Notes under the pieces: generated by a model
What the model was told of the DNA's origin: nothing
The model's database searches: none
What the model saw: only the letters and a program-made list of their open reading frames with translations
Made by a program: the position numbers and the translations under genes
Part shown: positions 63,801 to 64,000 of the stretch, piece by piece
Layout of the letters: every line of letters begins with the position of its first letter
Numbering within the stretch: the stretch's first letter is position 1
NCBI RefSeq assembly: GCF_000315625.1
Contig: NW_005434595.1
Coordinates: 62,001-126,000 of the forward strand
Direction: 5' to 3'
From: Guillardia theta CCMP2712
Lineage: Eukaryota; Protista; Cryptophyta
Length of the DNA: 64,000 nucleotides

Positions 63801-64000
63801 GTTCATGATCGCCGATCTTGACTTGCACCTGCACGTCCCACAAGATCATTCACACCATTACCCACATCAGTCCATCGCACCTGGATGGGAGGCCTGTGGT
63901 CATTCGCAATGCGAGCCTCGACTTCTTCAGGCACGAGCCTTCCACTGGCATCTCCGAGGCCCGCAAGGCGATTGATGGAGATGGCATTCATTGGGCGTCC
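60836..64000 (-). CDS. Long coiled-coil protein, 5' end outside the window
   Basis: ORF 61011-62126 (E/K/R heptads, WAQERK/WAEEK repeats) plus upstream exons to the window edge. Confidence 0.6.

Overview
Eukaryotic nuclear DNA, gene-dense, with many short GT-AG introns, purine/pyrimidine microsatellites and GC-rich palindrome-laden intergenic tracts. The style resembles a cryptophyte alga such as Guillardia theta (inference only). There are about 20 multi-exon genes, and exon limits are approximate because they were spliced by eye. Recognisable genes: DUF1415 protein, GDP-sugar transporter, ionotropic glutamate receptor-like channel with Cys-rich inserts, LRR-PDZ protein, caspase-like (C14) protein, EMC8/9, beta-helix protein, triple-C2 protein, DUF3592-like protein, disulfide-less DLD/SthA-like flavoprotein, class I DAHP synthase, EGF-trefoil-GH31 protein with a degenerate active site, and a TIR/EF-hand/coiled-coil protein. 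Non-coding highlights: (1) a ~310-nt intergenic segment at 21.4-21.7 kb that folds into a multi-helix RNA whose G-U wobbles favour the + strand; (2) a 37.6-44.9 kb tandem array of four copies of a gene fragment, carrying three different solo-LTR-like inserts (two with exact 5-bp TSDs) and spacers eroded by small duplicative/palindromic insertions. There is one 100-N assembly gap. I recognised no tRNA, rRNA or CRISPR array.
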